Assembly (NCBI GenBank): GCA_049975365.1
Contig: JBNGDS010000004.1
Location: 17,150 to 81,149 of the forward strand
Direction: 5' to 3'
DNA from: Desulfomonilia bacterium
GTDB lineage: Bacteria > Desulfobacterota > Desulfomonilia > UBA1062
DNA length: 64,000 bases
Of the stretch, positions 20,342 through 30,888 are shown in pieces; positions within the stretch are counted from its first letter, which is position 1, and each line of letters starts with the position of its first letter. Made by a program: the position numbers and the translations under genes. Below the pieces are notes generated by a model, which searched no databases, was not told the origin of the DNA, and was given only the letters and a program-made list of their open reading frames with translations.

Positions 20342-20722
20342 CTATGAGCCGATAAGAGGGAGAACCTTGTCGATCCTGAATGTTACGAGATACTTGTTCT
20401 CCTTGTAGTATTCGTCGTGCGGTATATAGTGCCGTTTTCTCCTCAAGGTCTCTATGAGTTCGCTGTTCTGATCCTCCTTGATCATGGTCAAATACAGCCT
20501 CTTTCCCACGTACTTGTCACCATCTTCGAAAAAGAGGTACGCTGCATGGGGGTTCGACGTGAGATTTTCGTGGCTCAACCGTTCCGCCATGATGAAAGCG
20601 ATTGTGTTTTCATCCATGAAATGAGGGCGTGCATACACAGCTGCATCAACCTTTCCTTGTGAATCTGAGGTGGCAAGAACCCCTTTCCCTTTCACGTTTT
20701 CAAAGTATTCACTGAGCTTCAT
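20342..20722 (-). CDS. Pyridoxamine 5'-phosphate oxidase family (FMN-binding split-barrel) protein
   Basis: 126 aa with the general pattern of PNPOx-like split-barrel proteins. Confidence 0.65.
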   Translation of the reverse strand: MKLSEYFENVKGKGVLATSDSQGKVDAAVYARPHFMDENTIAFIMAERLSHENLTSNPHAAYLFFEDGDKYVGKRLYLTMIKEDQNSELIETLRRKRHYIPHDEYYKENKYLVTFRIDKVLPLIGS

Positions 20723-20841
20723 CTGTATCCCCCTCCAGTCATTCTTCTTCTTTGTATAGGAGCTCTGAAGGAAAAATCAAAGGGGGGAGAAAAAAATAAT
20801 TCTTGGAGCATAAAGTTCGACAGGAGCTGTCCTGGAATGCA

Positions 20842-21846
20842 TCACACCAGGGATCGCACCTTCAGGTCGTACAGGGAATACGCCAGGTTTTTCAATTCGT
20901 GAATTCCCCACTCACCCTGATCCGTGATGTGTTCTGCGAGGGCAGGAGGAATGGCTTCGAGGCCAAGGTAGGCACCGCTGATGGCACCGGCCATTGCAGA
21001 GGTGGTATCGACATCCCCACCTACTGCAATGGCAGTGTGAATGGTGTTAAGATAGCTGGATGTGTTCTTCAGGAACGCGTAGATGCTCCACATGACACTG
21101 CCGGTTACGAACGGGGTAATCCCCAGCCAGTCGTCAGAGTATTCAGGGACATAGCCTTTCCGGGCGAGCGTCTCGAACGCATCGTGAGGTTCGAGAGCCA
21201 CACAGCCATCAAGGTGTTCAACGGCCTGTGCAACCGATGGATCGATCTTCTTGGCCAGGTTCGAGATAGTTCCGAGAAACCGGTGGGGAACGATCTGATC
21301 TCCCTGGAGTGCTTGAGCAACCGAACAGGCTATTGCCACTGCACCTGCAGAACACCGTGAATCTGTGTGAGTTATACGTCCCTGGTCGTGCGCAGCCAAG
21401 GTGAGGGCACCCGGATCATCAAAGAAGAATAATCCTATGGGACCAGCTCTCATTGCACTCCCGTTTCCCGCAGACGGTCTCGGGGTCCCGGATTTCTCCC
21501 ATGGAACCCCCTGCGCAAGACGCAGTGCAGCCTGGGTTGTTGCTCTGCCCCCACCGACCACGCGATGGTGTGAAAACATCTCACGAATCCTGTCTGCGTA
21601 GCGAGCAGGGTCGAATTCACCTCGTTCGACAATGCTGATCATGAGTTCACGTGCGAGCTGAGAGTCATCCGTGTACTGGCCGAAGGGAAACGGATATCTC
21701 CCTTGTGGAGAAGCACCTGCCTTCAGTTCTTCGACATACCGGGAGCAGACGCTTCGTGGATATCCTTCCACCGGAAACCCCAGGGCATCTCCGAGGCACT
21801 GGCCGATCAGGCAGCCAGCGAAATGCTCTTTACTGGGGATCAGCAT
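20842..21846 (-). CDS. ADP-ribosylglycohydrolase family protein (DraG-like)
   Basis: 334 aa with the CLIGQCLGDALG N-terminal motif, a GNGSAMR motif and the C-terminal DTTSAMAGAISGAYLG motif, all characteristic of ADP-ribosylglycohydrolases. Confidence 0.8.
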   Translation of the reverse strand: MLIPSKEHFAGCLIGQCLGDALGFPVEGYPRSVCSRYVEELKAGASPQGRYPFPFGQYTDDSQLARELMISIVERGEFDPARYADRIREMFSHHRVVGGGRATTQAALRLAQGVPWEKSGTPRPSAGNGSAMRAGPIGLFFFDDPGALTLAAHDQGRITHTDSRCSAGAVAIACSVAQALQGDQIVPHRFLGTISNLAKKIDPSVAQAVEHLDGCVALEPHDAFETLARKGYVPEYSDDWLGITPFVTGSVMWSIYAFLKNTSSYLNTIHTAIAVGGDVDTTSAMAGAISGAYLGLEAIPPALAEHITDQGEWGIHELKNLAYSLYDLKVRSLV

Positions 21847-21852
21847 CTCTCA

Positions 21853-24731
21853 TCAGTCCTCCCGGATGATCTTTTTCAGGATCATGCTGAGATCCTGGAT
21901 CCTGTAGGGTTTTGCGATACCATCCCTGAACCCGTACTCCCGCGGGTTGGACATGATGGGATCAGGGGAGTATCCACTGGACACGATGGCCTTTACATGG
22001 GGATCGATCTTCAGAAGTTCCTGGATGCATTCCCTGCCTCCCATGCCATTGTTCACCTCGAGGTCGAGGATCACGATGTCGAATGGTCTCCCCTGCCGGT
22101 ATGCAGTCTGGTATTGCCTGATGGCTTCACCACCGTCCTTGGCGAACGAGACCTCATACCCGAGGTGGGTAAAGATGCTCTGGGCGAGGTCTCTGATGAA
22201 CTCTTCGTCATCCATGAAGAGAATTGATCGCTTCTTGTGGATTGATTTTTGGTGTCTTTTCTTTTTCTCCGGCTCTTGACCGGGAGATGCGGGCAGGTAA
22301 AAGGTGATGGTGATTCCCCTGGACGGGTTCAACGCGGCAGTGATATGGCCCCCGTGTTTCTGGAGAATGGAGTATGACGTGGCGAGGCCAAGACCGTAGC
22401 TCTGCTTCTTGGTCGTAAAGAACGGGTCGAAGATCTTTTCGAGGTGCTCGCTCGGCATTCCGCTCCCCGAATCTTCGATGGCAATTTTCACGTACGGGCC
22501 TTCCGTCATAGGCAAGGAACTCTTTTTCGGCAGCACGGTGTTTTCCGCCCTGATCATGACAACCCCGCCGTCTGGCATCGACCGGACCGCATTGGCGACA
22601 ATGTTGCCGATTACCTGTGTTATTTGTACTTCATCGATCTCAACACTCCAGAGACCGTCTGGGAGAGAGAATTCTGCCTTGACGTTCGTATCGATCAGCG
22701 ATCGGGTGACAGTATCACGCAGAAAGACCTCAGCAGGGATCTTCTTCTTGAGGGGGCTTCCTCCCTTTGCAAACGTCAGGAGCTGACTTGCAAGGTCTTT
22801 TGCCTTGAGCGAGGCATTTTCTATGTCTATGCAGCGTTTATACGCCTTGTCCGAGTTGTCAAGGAGCATCTTGGCAAGGGATATATATTCCCCAGGATCA
22901 CTGTCAGGAGATTGTTGAAATCGTGGGCAATACCCCCGGCAAGCATGCCAAGAGCCTCGAGTTTTTCCCTTCTCTGAAGTTCCTCGTCGAGGATCTTTCT
23001 TTCCGTGACATTCCTGGTGATTTCGATTGCGCCCCTCACGGTGCCGCCGGTGTCCTTCAACGGAAATGCACGAATCTCCCAGAGAAACCCGTCAGGAGTG
23101 GTCTGGACTCCTTCGTGAACCAGGCCATCCTGCAGGGACCTCACCATGGGGCAATTTTCACATGGGGATTTTCTCGCGTGCCAGAGCTCGTAGCAGGTCT
23201 TCCCGATCAACTCTGCAGGACTCATGTCAACTGAAAGAGCAGCCGCATCGTTTGCCCAGACGATCCTGAGATCTGCATCCTGCAGGGTGATGTTGTCAGT
23301 AATGCCGTTGAGAACTACGTTCAGCTCCTGGGCCATCTGCCGGTACCGGTCTTCACTCTTTTTCAAGTCGCTCTCTGCCTGCGTCCGTACCTTGACCTCA
23401 TTCTTCAGGAGACGGTTTGTCTGCTTCAAGGCAGATGTCCTCTCACGGACCATTTCTTCTAGCCTGTCGTAGGCCTTTTTCAGGGCTTCTTCAGCCTTCT
23501 TGCGCGACGTGATATCAGTGAGCAGTCCGAAGATTCTTTTTCTATCACCATCGATCGCCGGTCTGCTGAATGAGCTGACCCAGCAGAATGAACCGTTCTT
23601 TCTCATGATGCGGTATTCAAACGGCATGATCTTGCCTGTGAGCAGATCGGTGAATCGTGACGTCAAGCCATTGAGATCATCGGGGTGGATGAAATCAGTG
23701 AAGTGCCGTCCGGTCATCTCTTCCGGGGTGTACCCGAGGATCTTCTTCATGACCGGGCTTGCGTAGGTGATACGGCCGTCCTCATCCAGAGAAAACAGGG
23801 CGTCATTGATGTTCTCCACGAGTTCTCTGAAGTTCTTTTCACTCCTCCTGAGCGCCTCTTCGGTCTTGTTCTGATGGGTTATATCCCGCACGATTGCCGT
23901 AATGAGCGTTCTCTCCTCCAAATGAAATGGGCTGAGGACCACATCCGTGAGGAAAAGGGAACCGTCTTGCTTTCTGCAGAGCCATTGGAATTTTTCCACC
24001 CCTTTTGACAGTGCATTCCTGAAGTGGGTTTCCAGTGCGGTATCCGAGAGAGAGCCATCTTTCTGCCGGGGTGGAGACAACTCACTGTAGTGCAGATTCA
24101 ACAGTCGAATTTTTTCATCATAGCCGAAGATCCTGAGCGTGGCAGAATTGCAGTCTATGACCCGATCGCGGTCCAGAATAATGATCGCATCGTTGGATGA
24201 TTCGAACAGAGAGGAGTATTTCTCGAGCGCCTGGATGAGACTGTTCTCCACGTACTTGGCTGTTGTGACGTCTCTCCCGGTGGAGAGATAGTGAGTGATC
24301 CTGCCGCTGTCATCGAAAATTCCACGGATAACCCACTCGTGGGGTCGTGGGGATCCATCGGCCCTGATGAAACTGAACACCGTTCTCTGCACAGGGTCTG
24401 TGTGGGCAAGCAGCTTCAGATAATTCGAAAGGACCTTCCTGTCTTCCCGGGGAATGGAATCATAGATGCTCGTCCCGGTTATCTCGTTGGATGCTCTATT
24501 GAGGTAGGAGCAGTACGATGCGTTTGCATAGGTGATCATCCCATGGGGAGTGAACATGCAGACAAGGTCGGGAAGAAGCTCCGCAATCTTCCGGGAGTGA
24601 TCGTGTACGCCCGATCCCTGTCCAGCCGACATAGTCTTGTCGAAACTCGTCATGCGTTCCACCCCTCTCCATACCCGGACCATGTCCGGGACAACGACAC
24701 TCCAAACGAGCCTGGAAGGCTGTTTTCTCAT
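21853..24731 (-). pseudogene. PAS-domain hybrid sensor histidine kinase/response regulator, interrupted by a frameshift at an (AT)4 run
   Basis: ORF 22827-24731 encodes about 4 PAS domains and the HisKA H-box (IAHDFNNLLTVILGNI), then runs out of frame. ORF 21853-22869 continues in another frame with SLAKMLLDNSDKAYKRCIDIENASLKAKDLASQLLTFAKGG, then HATPase_c and a receiver domain. Removing one AT unit from ATATATAT at 22881-22888 restores a single roughly 950 aa reading frame. Confidence 0.75.
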
Positions 24732-25106
24732 TGTATGTTACCCCATATTGCCGGAATGTCAAACACAAGCTGAAATGAAGACAATTCAAATTCTTGTTTT
24801 GAGCAAAAAAAATGGGATGGCGGTTAGGGCATAGGACGCGCCACCCCTAAGAGGAGGTTAAAAAACGTCTTGTGGTATACGTTATTTTAGATGGTTTATT
24901 CTCTAAAAGGATGCAGGAGATACTCTATCTTCACGGGTGATACCGGAACAAAAAAAAGATGAGCGAACTGCCTGTAAAACAGCTCCAGATAAGGGATTAC
25001 AGGCTATCAAAAAACGCCTTGGGTATGAATAACACTATTCTCCTATGGAATTAAAAATATTCAAAAACTGAACAATTACAATGACATATGAAACAATTTT
25101 TTCTTT

Positions 25107-26057
25107 TTATAGTGTTTTATACTTGATGCGGGAGCGGGAGCGAGAAAAAAACAGGGACCATCCTGTCTTCAGGGACCCGGGAACCAGCGAGAACGCACCA
25201 GATGCCTCTGCAACAGGGGTGAATCCACACAGTGAACAGTCCATATTTCCACGACCCCTGACATAACACCCCTGGTCTATGGATCCGTCCGGGTTGACAT
25301 TTGCCAGCAGCCAGTCGTGGCATGTCCAGTGACCGGTCATCATGGCATTGAGGCTCCATGCAGAGTTCATGATGGGGTACCCTGACCGTTTCAGATTCAT
25401 GACAGACATCAGTGCCTGCCTCCTGTCATCAGTGCTCAGGGTCAGGTCGTCTTCACCCTGCCCATAGGGGTAGAATATCTGCACGGTGATTCCTTTTACA
25501 GCAGTCAGTGAGAGCATTGTGGTCGCACACTCACCGAACTCCCTCCAATTGAGCCTGTTCAGGGTATAGTGGACCAAGAGGTTCGGATGCCGGCAGGAGG
25601 AGATTTCGTGAAGAACACGCTGGTAGGAATTGCTTCTCAGAAAATTGTGGGTGTCCTCCAGCCCATCAACGCTCACCCACAAGATGTCGGCGGGCACATC
25701 GAATCCGAGGGTTCCGTTCGTTGTCGCCCCCACACAGGGGAACAATTCGCGTGCCGAGGTGACGAGATCACGGAACGTGTGGTCCCCATCCGACCACAGA
25801 AAGGGCTCACCCCCCTCAAAGATCACGATAAGACACCCTCTTTTCTTGAGCTCACGCAGTGATCTCATGGCAGTTTCCCAGTCAATGTGCGAATGTATCT
25901 CAGACGATCGCGTGTGGAACGGGCAGGCCCTGCAGGAAAGATTGCACCGGTAGGTCAGCTTGAAGCTTGCAATCAGGGGGATCTTGTGCCCCAGAATCCT
26001 GGTTCGTACGGAAAACCAGGCAAGATCGGTGAGCGATGTCAGGAAGCCTCGGGCCAC
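25107..26057 (-). CDS. Radical SAM protein with C-terminal SPASM/twitch-like Cys cluster
   Basis: CNLSCRAC (CxxxCxxC) near the N-terminus. C-terminal GCYVRGRGNMDCSLCGF. Overlaps the upstream CoA-ligase gene by 19 nt. Confidence 0.75.
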   Translation of the reverse strand: MARGFLTSLTDLAWFSVRTRILGHKIPLIASFKLTYRCNLSCRACPFHTRSSEIHSHIDWETAMRSLRELKKRGCLIVIFEGGEPFLWSDGDHTFRDLVTSARELFPCVGATTNGTLGFDVPADILWVSVDGLEDTHNFLRSNSYQRVLHEISSCRHPNLLVHYTLNRLNWREFGECATTMLSLTAVKGITVQIFYPYGQGEDDLTLSTDDRRQALMSVMNLKRSGYPIMNSAWSLNAMMTGHWTCHDWLLANVNPDGSIDQGCYVRGRGNMDCSLCGFTPVAEASGAFSLVPGSLKTGWSLFFSRSRSRIKYKTL

Positions 26058-27538
26058 GCCAGGCTGTTCTCCATTCCACGGATGAGGTGCTGATAGCCAA
26101 CCACCTTTGCCAGGGCGTGGACAGCCCGGTCCGGAGACGGGTAGGGCATGATCCCGTGTGCATCGAGGAACTGCACTGGATTCCCGTCCATGACAACGTC
26201 GAACCCCATGATGTCGATAACCGGGATAATGGGCCTCTCGTACCTGCGGATCAGGTCCACGATGAGCTCGAAAAGCTTTCTCTCTTCAGAGATCATGATG
26301 TCTGCAAATTCCTTCACAGCATCGGTTGGGATAGCCTCCGATTTCAGCCACGTTCGTGCGCGGAGAGACATGTACCCAAGTCCCATCAGGAACACAGCAT
26401 CCGTGAGAGAATTCTCCATGAGAATTTGTACAGCGTCTGTGATGACGCTCACCCGGCCTGGTGCCACGAGATCGATGGGATTCCCCCTGCTCCAGTAGGC
26501 AGGAAGGATCCTGTCAAGCATCTCGATAACAGGTTTTTCAAGGGGTTCGACAGAGAGGCCCTCGTGGATGCACATATCCGTGGCGATGACCCCCCAGCCG
26601 CCCCCCAGAGTGATGATTCCGACCTTGTTGCCCGTGGGCCGTGGCTGCATGAACATGCCGGCCACGTCCACCATTTCATCCATGGTTTCCACCTGGATGA
26701 TCCCAGCCTGGCGGCACATGGATGTGAAGATCTCGTCACTGCCGGCTATTGCGCCGGTATGGGACATGGCAGCTACTGCCCCCCTGTCTGTTCTGCCTCC
26801 CTTGATGAGGATGATGGGCTTTCGTGGGGAAATTCTCCGTGCCGCTTCAAAGAATCTCCTGGGCTGCCGCAGTCCCTCGACATACAGACAAATGACCCGT
26901 GTTTTCTCGTCGTGCTCGAGGTATTCCAGGAAATCTTCGGTGGTGAGGTCGGCCTCGTTGCCCGAGCTGATGAGGCGGCTGATGCCTATTCTCCTGCGCA
27001 GAAAGCGGTATGATATGGACGTCCCCAGGTTTCCGCTCTGGACAATGAGGCCGATACCGCCGGGTGTCAGCTGCATGGAGCCCATGAGAGCGTGCATGAT
27101 TGAAGGGTACGCGCTGAAGACCCCCATGGTGTTCGGCCCGATAAGGCGCATACCGCCTGACCGTGCCAATTCCACGATCTCACGCTCCCTGCGCGCTCCC
27201 TTCTCTCCTGTCTCGGAAAATCCTGCGGTAATGATGATTCCCGCAGGGATCTTCTTCTGGATGCACTCTTTGATGGTTTCGAGAACCAGGGAATCCTTCA
27301 CAACAATGACGGCGAGATCGATGTGGTTCTCGATCTCATCGAGGCTGGTGTACATCTTTTTTCCAAACCAGTCGCCGCCTCTGGGGTTGATGGGGTAGAG
27401 GTCTCCTGAATAGCCCCGCTTCACGATGTGGTGGAGGACATTGAACCCCCATTTGAAAATATCCTTCGAAGCCCCGATAAACGCGATGGATTTCGGTTCA
27501 AACAGGGGCCTCAACTCTGAGGTGCTCTTCATGGTCAA
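26039..27538 (-). CDS. ADP-forming acyl-CoA synthetase alpha-like (CoA-binding + succinyl-CoA-synthetase-like domains)
   Basis: 499 aa with N-terminal CoA-binding Rossmann (KSIAFIGASKD...YPINPRG) and a central ligase-CoA domain. No beta (ATP-grasp) partner seen nearby. Confidence 0.7.
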   Translation of the reverse strand: MTMKSTSELRPLFEPKSIAFIGASKDIFKWGFNVLHHIVKRGYSGDLYPINPRGGDWFGKKMYTSLDEIENHIDLAVIVVKDSLVLETIKECIQKKIPAGIIITAGFSETGEKGARREREIVELARSGGMRLIGPNTMGVFSAYPSIMHALMGSMQLTPGGIGLIVQSGNLGTSISYRFLRRRIGISRLISSGNEADLTTEDFLEYLEHDEKTRVICLYVEGLRQPRRFFEAARRISPRKPIILIKGGRTDRGAVAAMSHTGAIAGSDEIFTSMCRQAGIIQVETMDEMVDVAGMFMQPRPTGNKVGIITLGGGWGVIATDMCIHEGLSVEPLEKPVIEMLDRILPAYWSRGNPIDLVAPGRVSVITDAVQILMENSLTDAVFLMGLGYMSLRARTWLKSEAIPTDAVKEFADIMISEERKLFELIVDLIRRYERPIIPVIDIMGFDVVMDGNPVQFLDAHGIMPYPSPDRAVHALAKVVGYQHLIRGMENSLAWPEAS

Positions 27539-28347
27539 TATGTGCCTGGAAAGTTCGGCTTGCGTTGCTCCTTCTGGGCCTTCACGCCCTCGCGGGCATC
27601 TTCACTGGAGAAAATTGGCATACCGATCTCCACTTCCCGGATGAATGCCTCTCTGAATTCACGCATCCTCATTTCCCGCGAGAATTGAATGATGCCCTGG
27701 GTAGCGAGCGGCCCGTTTGACGCAATCTTATCAGCGAGCGCGAGAGCAGTTTCCATGAGTTTGTCCTTCTCAACCACCCTGTTGAGGAATCCCCACTCGT
27801 AGAGTGTCTTCGCGTCGAAGTTGCCTGCCGTGAGGAGAATTTCCAGCGCTCTGCAGGGGCCGACGTGCCTGGGCAGGAAGATATTGCCGCCACCGGTCGG
27901 CATGATACCGAGGCTTGCCTCCCTCATCTGGAAGAGCGCATCGGTTGATGCAACTCGCAGGTCAGCCCCCATGACCATCTCGAATCCACCGGTGAGACAG
28001 TATCCGTGGATGGCTGCTATGATGGGCTTGTTTGCATAGCTGATCTTGAGCATGGCCTCTCCGACACCCCTGCCGTCCCACCCCGAAATGATCCATTCCT
28101 CAGCCTCGTTCTCCGGTTTTCGCGCGCCCGTGAGGATCGGGATGGCGGTCTTGAGATCCATGCCTGCACAGAAGATGTTGGGAAGGGCTGAATAGAGTAC
28201 AGCCACCCTGATGTTCCTGTCCTCATTGATATCCTTCCACGTCTCGTGGAGTTCGAGGAGGATCCCGGGATCCAGTGCGTTGAGCTGCTTGGGACGGTTG
28301 AGACCCACTTTTGCGATGTGCCCGATCTTTTCATAGACGAGGTTCAT
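27535..28347 (-). CDS. Enoyl-CoA hydratase/isomerase (crotonase) family protein
   Basis: Crotonase fold motifs (LNRPKQLNAL ... CAGMDLK ... GGG). Start placed at the ATG after AAAGGGGGAAG (MNLVYEKIG), 7 codons inside the track ORF. Confidence 0.85.
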   Translation of the reverse strand: MNLVYEKIGHIAKVGLNRPKQLNALDPGILLELHETWKDINEDRNIRVAVLYSALPNIFCAGMDLKTAIPILTGARKPENEAEEWIISGWDGRGVGEAMLKISYANKPIIAAIHGYCLTGGFEMVMGADLRVASTDALFQMREASLGIMPTGGGNIFLPRHVGPCRALEILLTAGNFDAKTLYEWGFLNRVVEKDKLMETALALADKIASNGPLATQGIIQFSREMRMREFREAFIREVEIGMPIFSSEDAREGVKAQKEQRKPNFPGTY

Positions 28348-28524
28348 GGCTTCCCCCTTTTCATGCATGATATGATTGACAGTTCAGGTGTAGCGGTATG
28401 GGTAAGGTTTGTCAACATTGGGCAGATCATATCATAAAACAGTAATTACCAGGCACACCGCAACAGCCGGTATTCCAGCAGAATTCGTACCATTCGGCCG
28501 AGGATCGGAAGATCTGCGGCCGAA

Positions 28525-29340
28525 TCAAGCCTTGCGTATCTCTTGAAATATCTTCCGTGCGAAAATGGCTGCCCCCAGGGCCCCGATTATCTGGGGATCC
28601 ACCGGAAGCGGTGTGACCTCCATGTTGAGTATCCTGGCGAGGGCCTTGATGAGTCCCCTGTTCTTTGCGCAGCCTCCGGTTACCGTGACCTGTGGTCGCA
28701 TGCCGATCCTCTTGAGCAGGGTGAAGCACCGTTTCGAGACTGACGCCTGGATGCCTGCCGCCACATCTTCGGGAGGGTTGCGTCTGGCCAGCAGGCTTAT
28801 CACTTCACTCTCTGCGAAGACGCTGCACTGGGCGGTGATCGGGATGACCTTCTTCGCCTTCATGGAAAGCTCGGAGAACTCGTCGAGATCCATGCGGAAC
28901 GTCCTGCTCATGGCCTCGAAGAACCGTCCCGTGCCGGCGGCACACTTGTCGTTCATGGCAAACTCCAGGACCGATCCGTCGCTGTCGATGGCAATGGCCT
29001 TCACGTCCTGCCCGCCAATGTCCACGATGGTCTTGATACGGTGGTCGCAGGAAAAGGTTCCCATGGCATGGCAGCTGATCTCCGAGATGTTCTTGTCGGC
29101 AAAGACCACCTCGTTTCTCCCGTAACCCGTTCCCACGAGGTACGCGAGCTTCTTGTAGCCGCCCATGTCCGGCACCTGCGAGCAGGCCTTCTCCAGGGCA
29201 AGGATGGATGTCCGTTCAGGATCGATCTCGCTTGGGATAATGGATGTGGCCCTGATGGTGCCGCTTTCATCGATGATTACGGCTTTTCCCGTCGTCGATC
29301 CAACGTCACATCCGCCGAAGTAGGCATTGTTCTGGTACAT
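28525..29340 (-). CDS. BadF/BadG/BcrA/BcrD-type ATPase (HgdC-like activator/archerase), paralog 1
   Basis: GCDVGSTTGKAV N-terminal ASKHA motif and bridging-[4Fe-4S] Cys pattern. Shows about 45 % identity by eye to the two other copies. Confidence 0.85.
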   Translation of the reverse strand: MYQNNAYFGGCDVGSTTGKAVIIDESGTIRATSIIPSEIDPERTSILALEKACSQVPDMGGYKKLAYLVGTGYGRNEVVFADKNISEISCHAMGTFSCDHRIKTIVDIGGQDVKAIAIDSDGSVLEFAMNDKCAAGTGRFFEAMSRTFRMDLDEFSELSMKAKKVIPITAQCSVFAESEVISLLARRNPPEDVAAGIQASVSKRCFTLLKRIGMRPQVTVTGGCAKNRGLIKALARILNMEVTPLPVDPQIIGALGAAIFARKIFQEIRKA

Positions 29341-29351
29341 GCTGTCTCTCC

Positions 29352-30878
29352 TTACTGATCGAGACGGGGTGCCTTCATGACGTTCTCCATGAAGTGCTCC
29401 ACCTGTCTCATCATGTTGTCATGGGATACGATGCGCGGATCGCTCAGGTCGTAATCGAGGATGAGCAGAGGGATCCCCTTCTCTCGGCACTTCTCGCGCA
29501 GGATACCGTTCATGGCCTGGCCGCTCTTGCAGCCCACATGGTTGGCAACCAAGACCAAGTCGAGGTCGAACTGCTTCACCATGCGAAAGATGTCGTCCAG
29601 GTAGTTCTCCGCAGGCCCCCGGGTATGGCGGACCATGGGGCCATGCATGACGATCCTGCTCCATCCGCGCAGCATGGACTCGGGTGTCGAGGTGTCGATG
29701 GGCTCGAGGTGGTTATAGCTCATGCTGTCATTCAGGATGGTCAGGCCATAAGTGCGTTCCGTCCAGTTGAATATGTCGGGGAAATGGAGAAAGGGCGGGT
29801 TCCAGCACACTGCCCGATACCGTTCGTTCACCGTGGCCGGGAGATTGTCCTCTAGGTTCTTCCGGGCCAGCTTCACCAGACGCTCGAAGTGCTTCGTCGA
29901 CTCCCTGAATTCGGGGGTCACGTTGAAGTGCCAGAGATGGCTCAGCCAAACGGCCTCGGAGGCAAGGGGGGCAGGCCTGACCCGAAGCATGTCCCACAGC
30001 TCCAGCTCCAGTTCCAGCATACGGTTGCGGTTTTCGCACATCTGCCTGAAGCGATCCCAATCCATGCGGCCGGGCGTGTGCTGCTCGAGGAATGCGATCA
30101 TACCCTTCACGTCTTCAACGAAGAGGTCCACTGCGCGTTCTGTGTGAAAATGATACGGCACGTCGAGGCGATAGATGGGTATACCGAAGGCCCTCTGGAA
30201 GAAGGAGTACGATGCCGCGCCAGCATCACAGGGAAGGTTGGAGCTCACGATGGCCGTGCCCCCCGGCATGTGGCCCTTGAGAACCATGCCGATGGTCACC
30301 TTGGGAAGGCTGCATGAATCCGGATTGATCCCCTCATTCTCCGCCTCGTCTATGTATTTCAGACAGACATCAGGATCCAGCATGGGAAGGACTATACCCA
30401 TGGCCTCGAGCAGATAGCACCTCAGTCCCATTGCATGAGCGATGTCAGGAGGGACCAGATCTTCGTTCAGGACCAGGCGGTCGGGGTCGAAGAACATCTC
30501 CCTGAGCAGCCACACGGTTCCTGCTACAATGGTGTGCATGGTCATGCAGACTGCATCGTGATAGCGGCCGGTCCTCGCCTGGAGGAACCGTCTCGCCAGG
30601 GCGTTCACCTTCAGTAATGTCAGGATCCAGGGATTCCGGATGAGGGTCCGAATGGATCTTACCGGGCCGAGGGTGAAGATATATTCAATGAGAAACCTCA
30701 TGATGACTGCATAGTTGAGAAGCCAGTACCACATGTATACGGCCAGATCCCTGGGGCTCCGCGTGTGTACGAGGTATTGCGCCAGAGAGTTGTCCCAGAG
30801 TTTTATCCCTGTTTCCCTCAGACTGGCGACCAGGAATTTTATGACAGCAATCATATTCTTCACGCCCGGAATCCTCAT
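29352..30878 (-). CDS. 2-hydroxyacyl-CoA dehydratase/benzoyl-CoA reductase superfamily subunit (HgdA/BcrB-like), long form
   Basis: Conserved Cys positions (PCDAG...). Pairs with the adjacent HgdB-like gene. Start chosen at an internal ATG (MRIPGV...) to avoid overlapping the upstream gene; the upstream ATG at 30956 is possible. Confidence 0.65.
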   Translation of the reverse strand: MRIPGVKNMIAVIKFLVASLRETGIKLWDNSLAQYLVHTRSPRDLAVYMWYWLLNYAVIMRFLIEYIFTLGPVRSIRTLIRNPWILTLLKVNALARRFLQARTGRYHDAVCMTMHTIVAGTVWLLREMFFDPDRLVLNEDLVPPDIAHAMGLRCYLLEAMGIVLPMLDPDVCLKYIDEAENEGINPDSCSLPKVTIGMVLKGHMPGGTAIVSSNLPCDAGAASYSFFQRAFGIPIYRLDVPYHFHTERAVDLFVEDVKGMIAFLEQHTPGRMDWDRFRQMCENRNRMLELELELWDMLRVRPAPLASEAVWLSHLWHFNVTPEFRESTKHFERLVKLARKNLEDNLPATVNERYRAVCWNPPFLHFPDIFNWTERTYGLTILNDSMSYNHLEPIDTSTPESMLRGWSRIVMHGPMVRHTRGPAENYLDDIFRMVKQFDLDLVLVANHVGCKSGQAMNGILREKCREKGIPLLILDYDLSDPRIVSHDNMMRQVEHFMENVMKAPRLDQ

Positions 30879-30888
30879 GTTCAGTCGT

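Noticed and set aside
24959-25054. 31-aa plus-strand ORF (MSELPVKQLQIRDYRLSKNALGMNNTILLWN) in the AT-rich spacer next to the rSAM/SPASM gene. I considered it as a RiPP precursor.
   Set aside because: It has no credible RBS, sits on the opposite strand from the rSAM, has no Cys/Ser/Thr-rich core, and AT-rich DNA yields such ORFs by chance. It is mentioned only as something proteomics could test.
26036-27013. 325-aa plus-strand ORF antisense to the CoA-ligase-alpha-like gene. The same applies to other long antisense ORFs such as 7040-7717, 9361-9882, 10102-10611, 29394-30317, 44313-45047, 46876-47715.
   Set aside because: This is a high-GC genome, so long antisense frames are expected. None has an RBS or a recognisable domain, and each lies fully within a well-supported gene.
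28489-28517. GC-rich hairpin TCGGCCG-N15-CGGCCGA just downstream of the activase gene stop, considered as an intra-operon terminator.
   Set aside because: There is no T-tract on the transcribed (minus) strand, and the downstream genes are clearly part of the same cluster. At most it is an attenuator or RNA-stability element, which is unproven.
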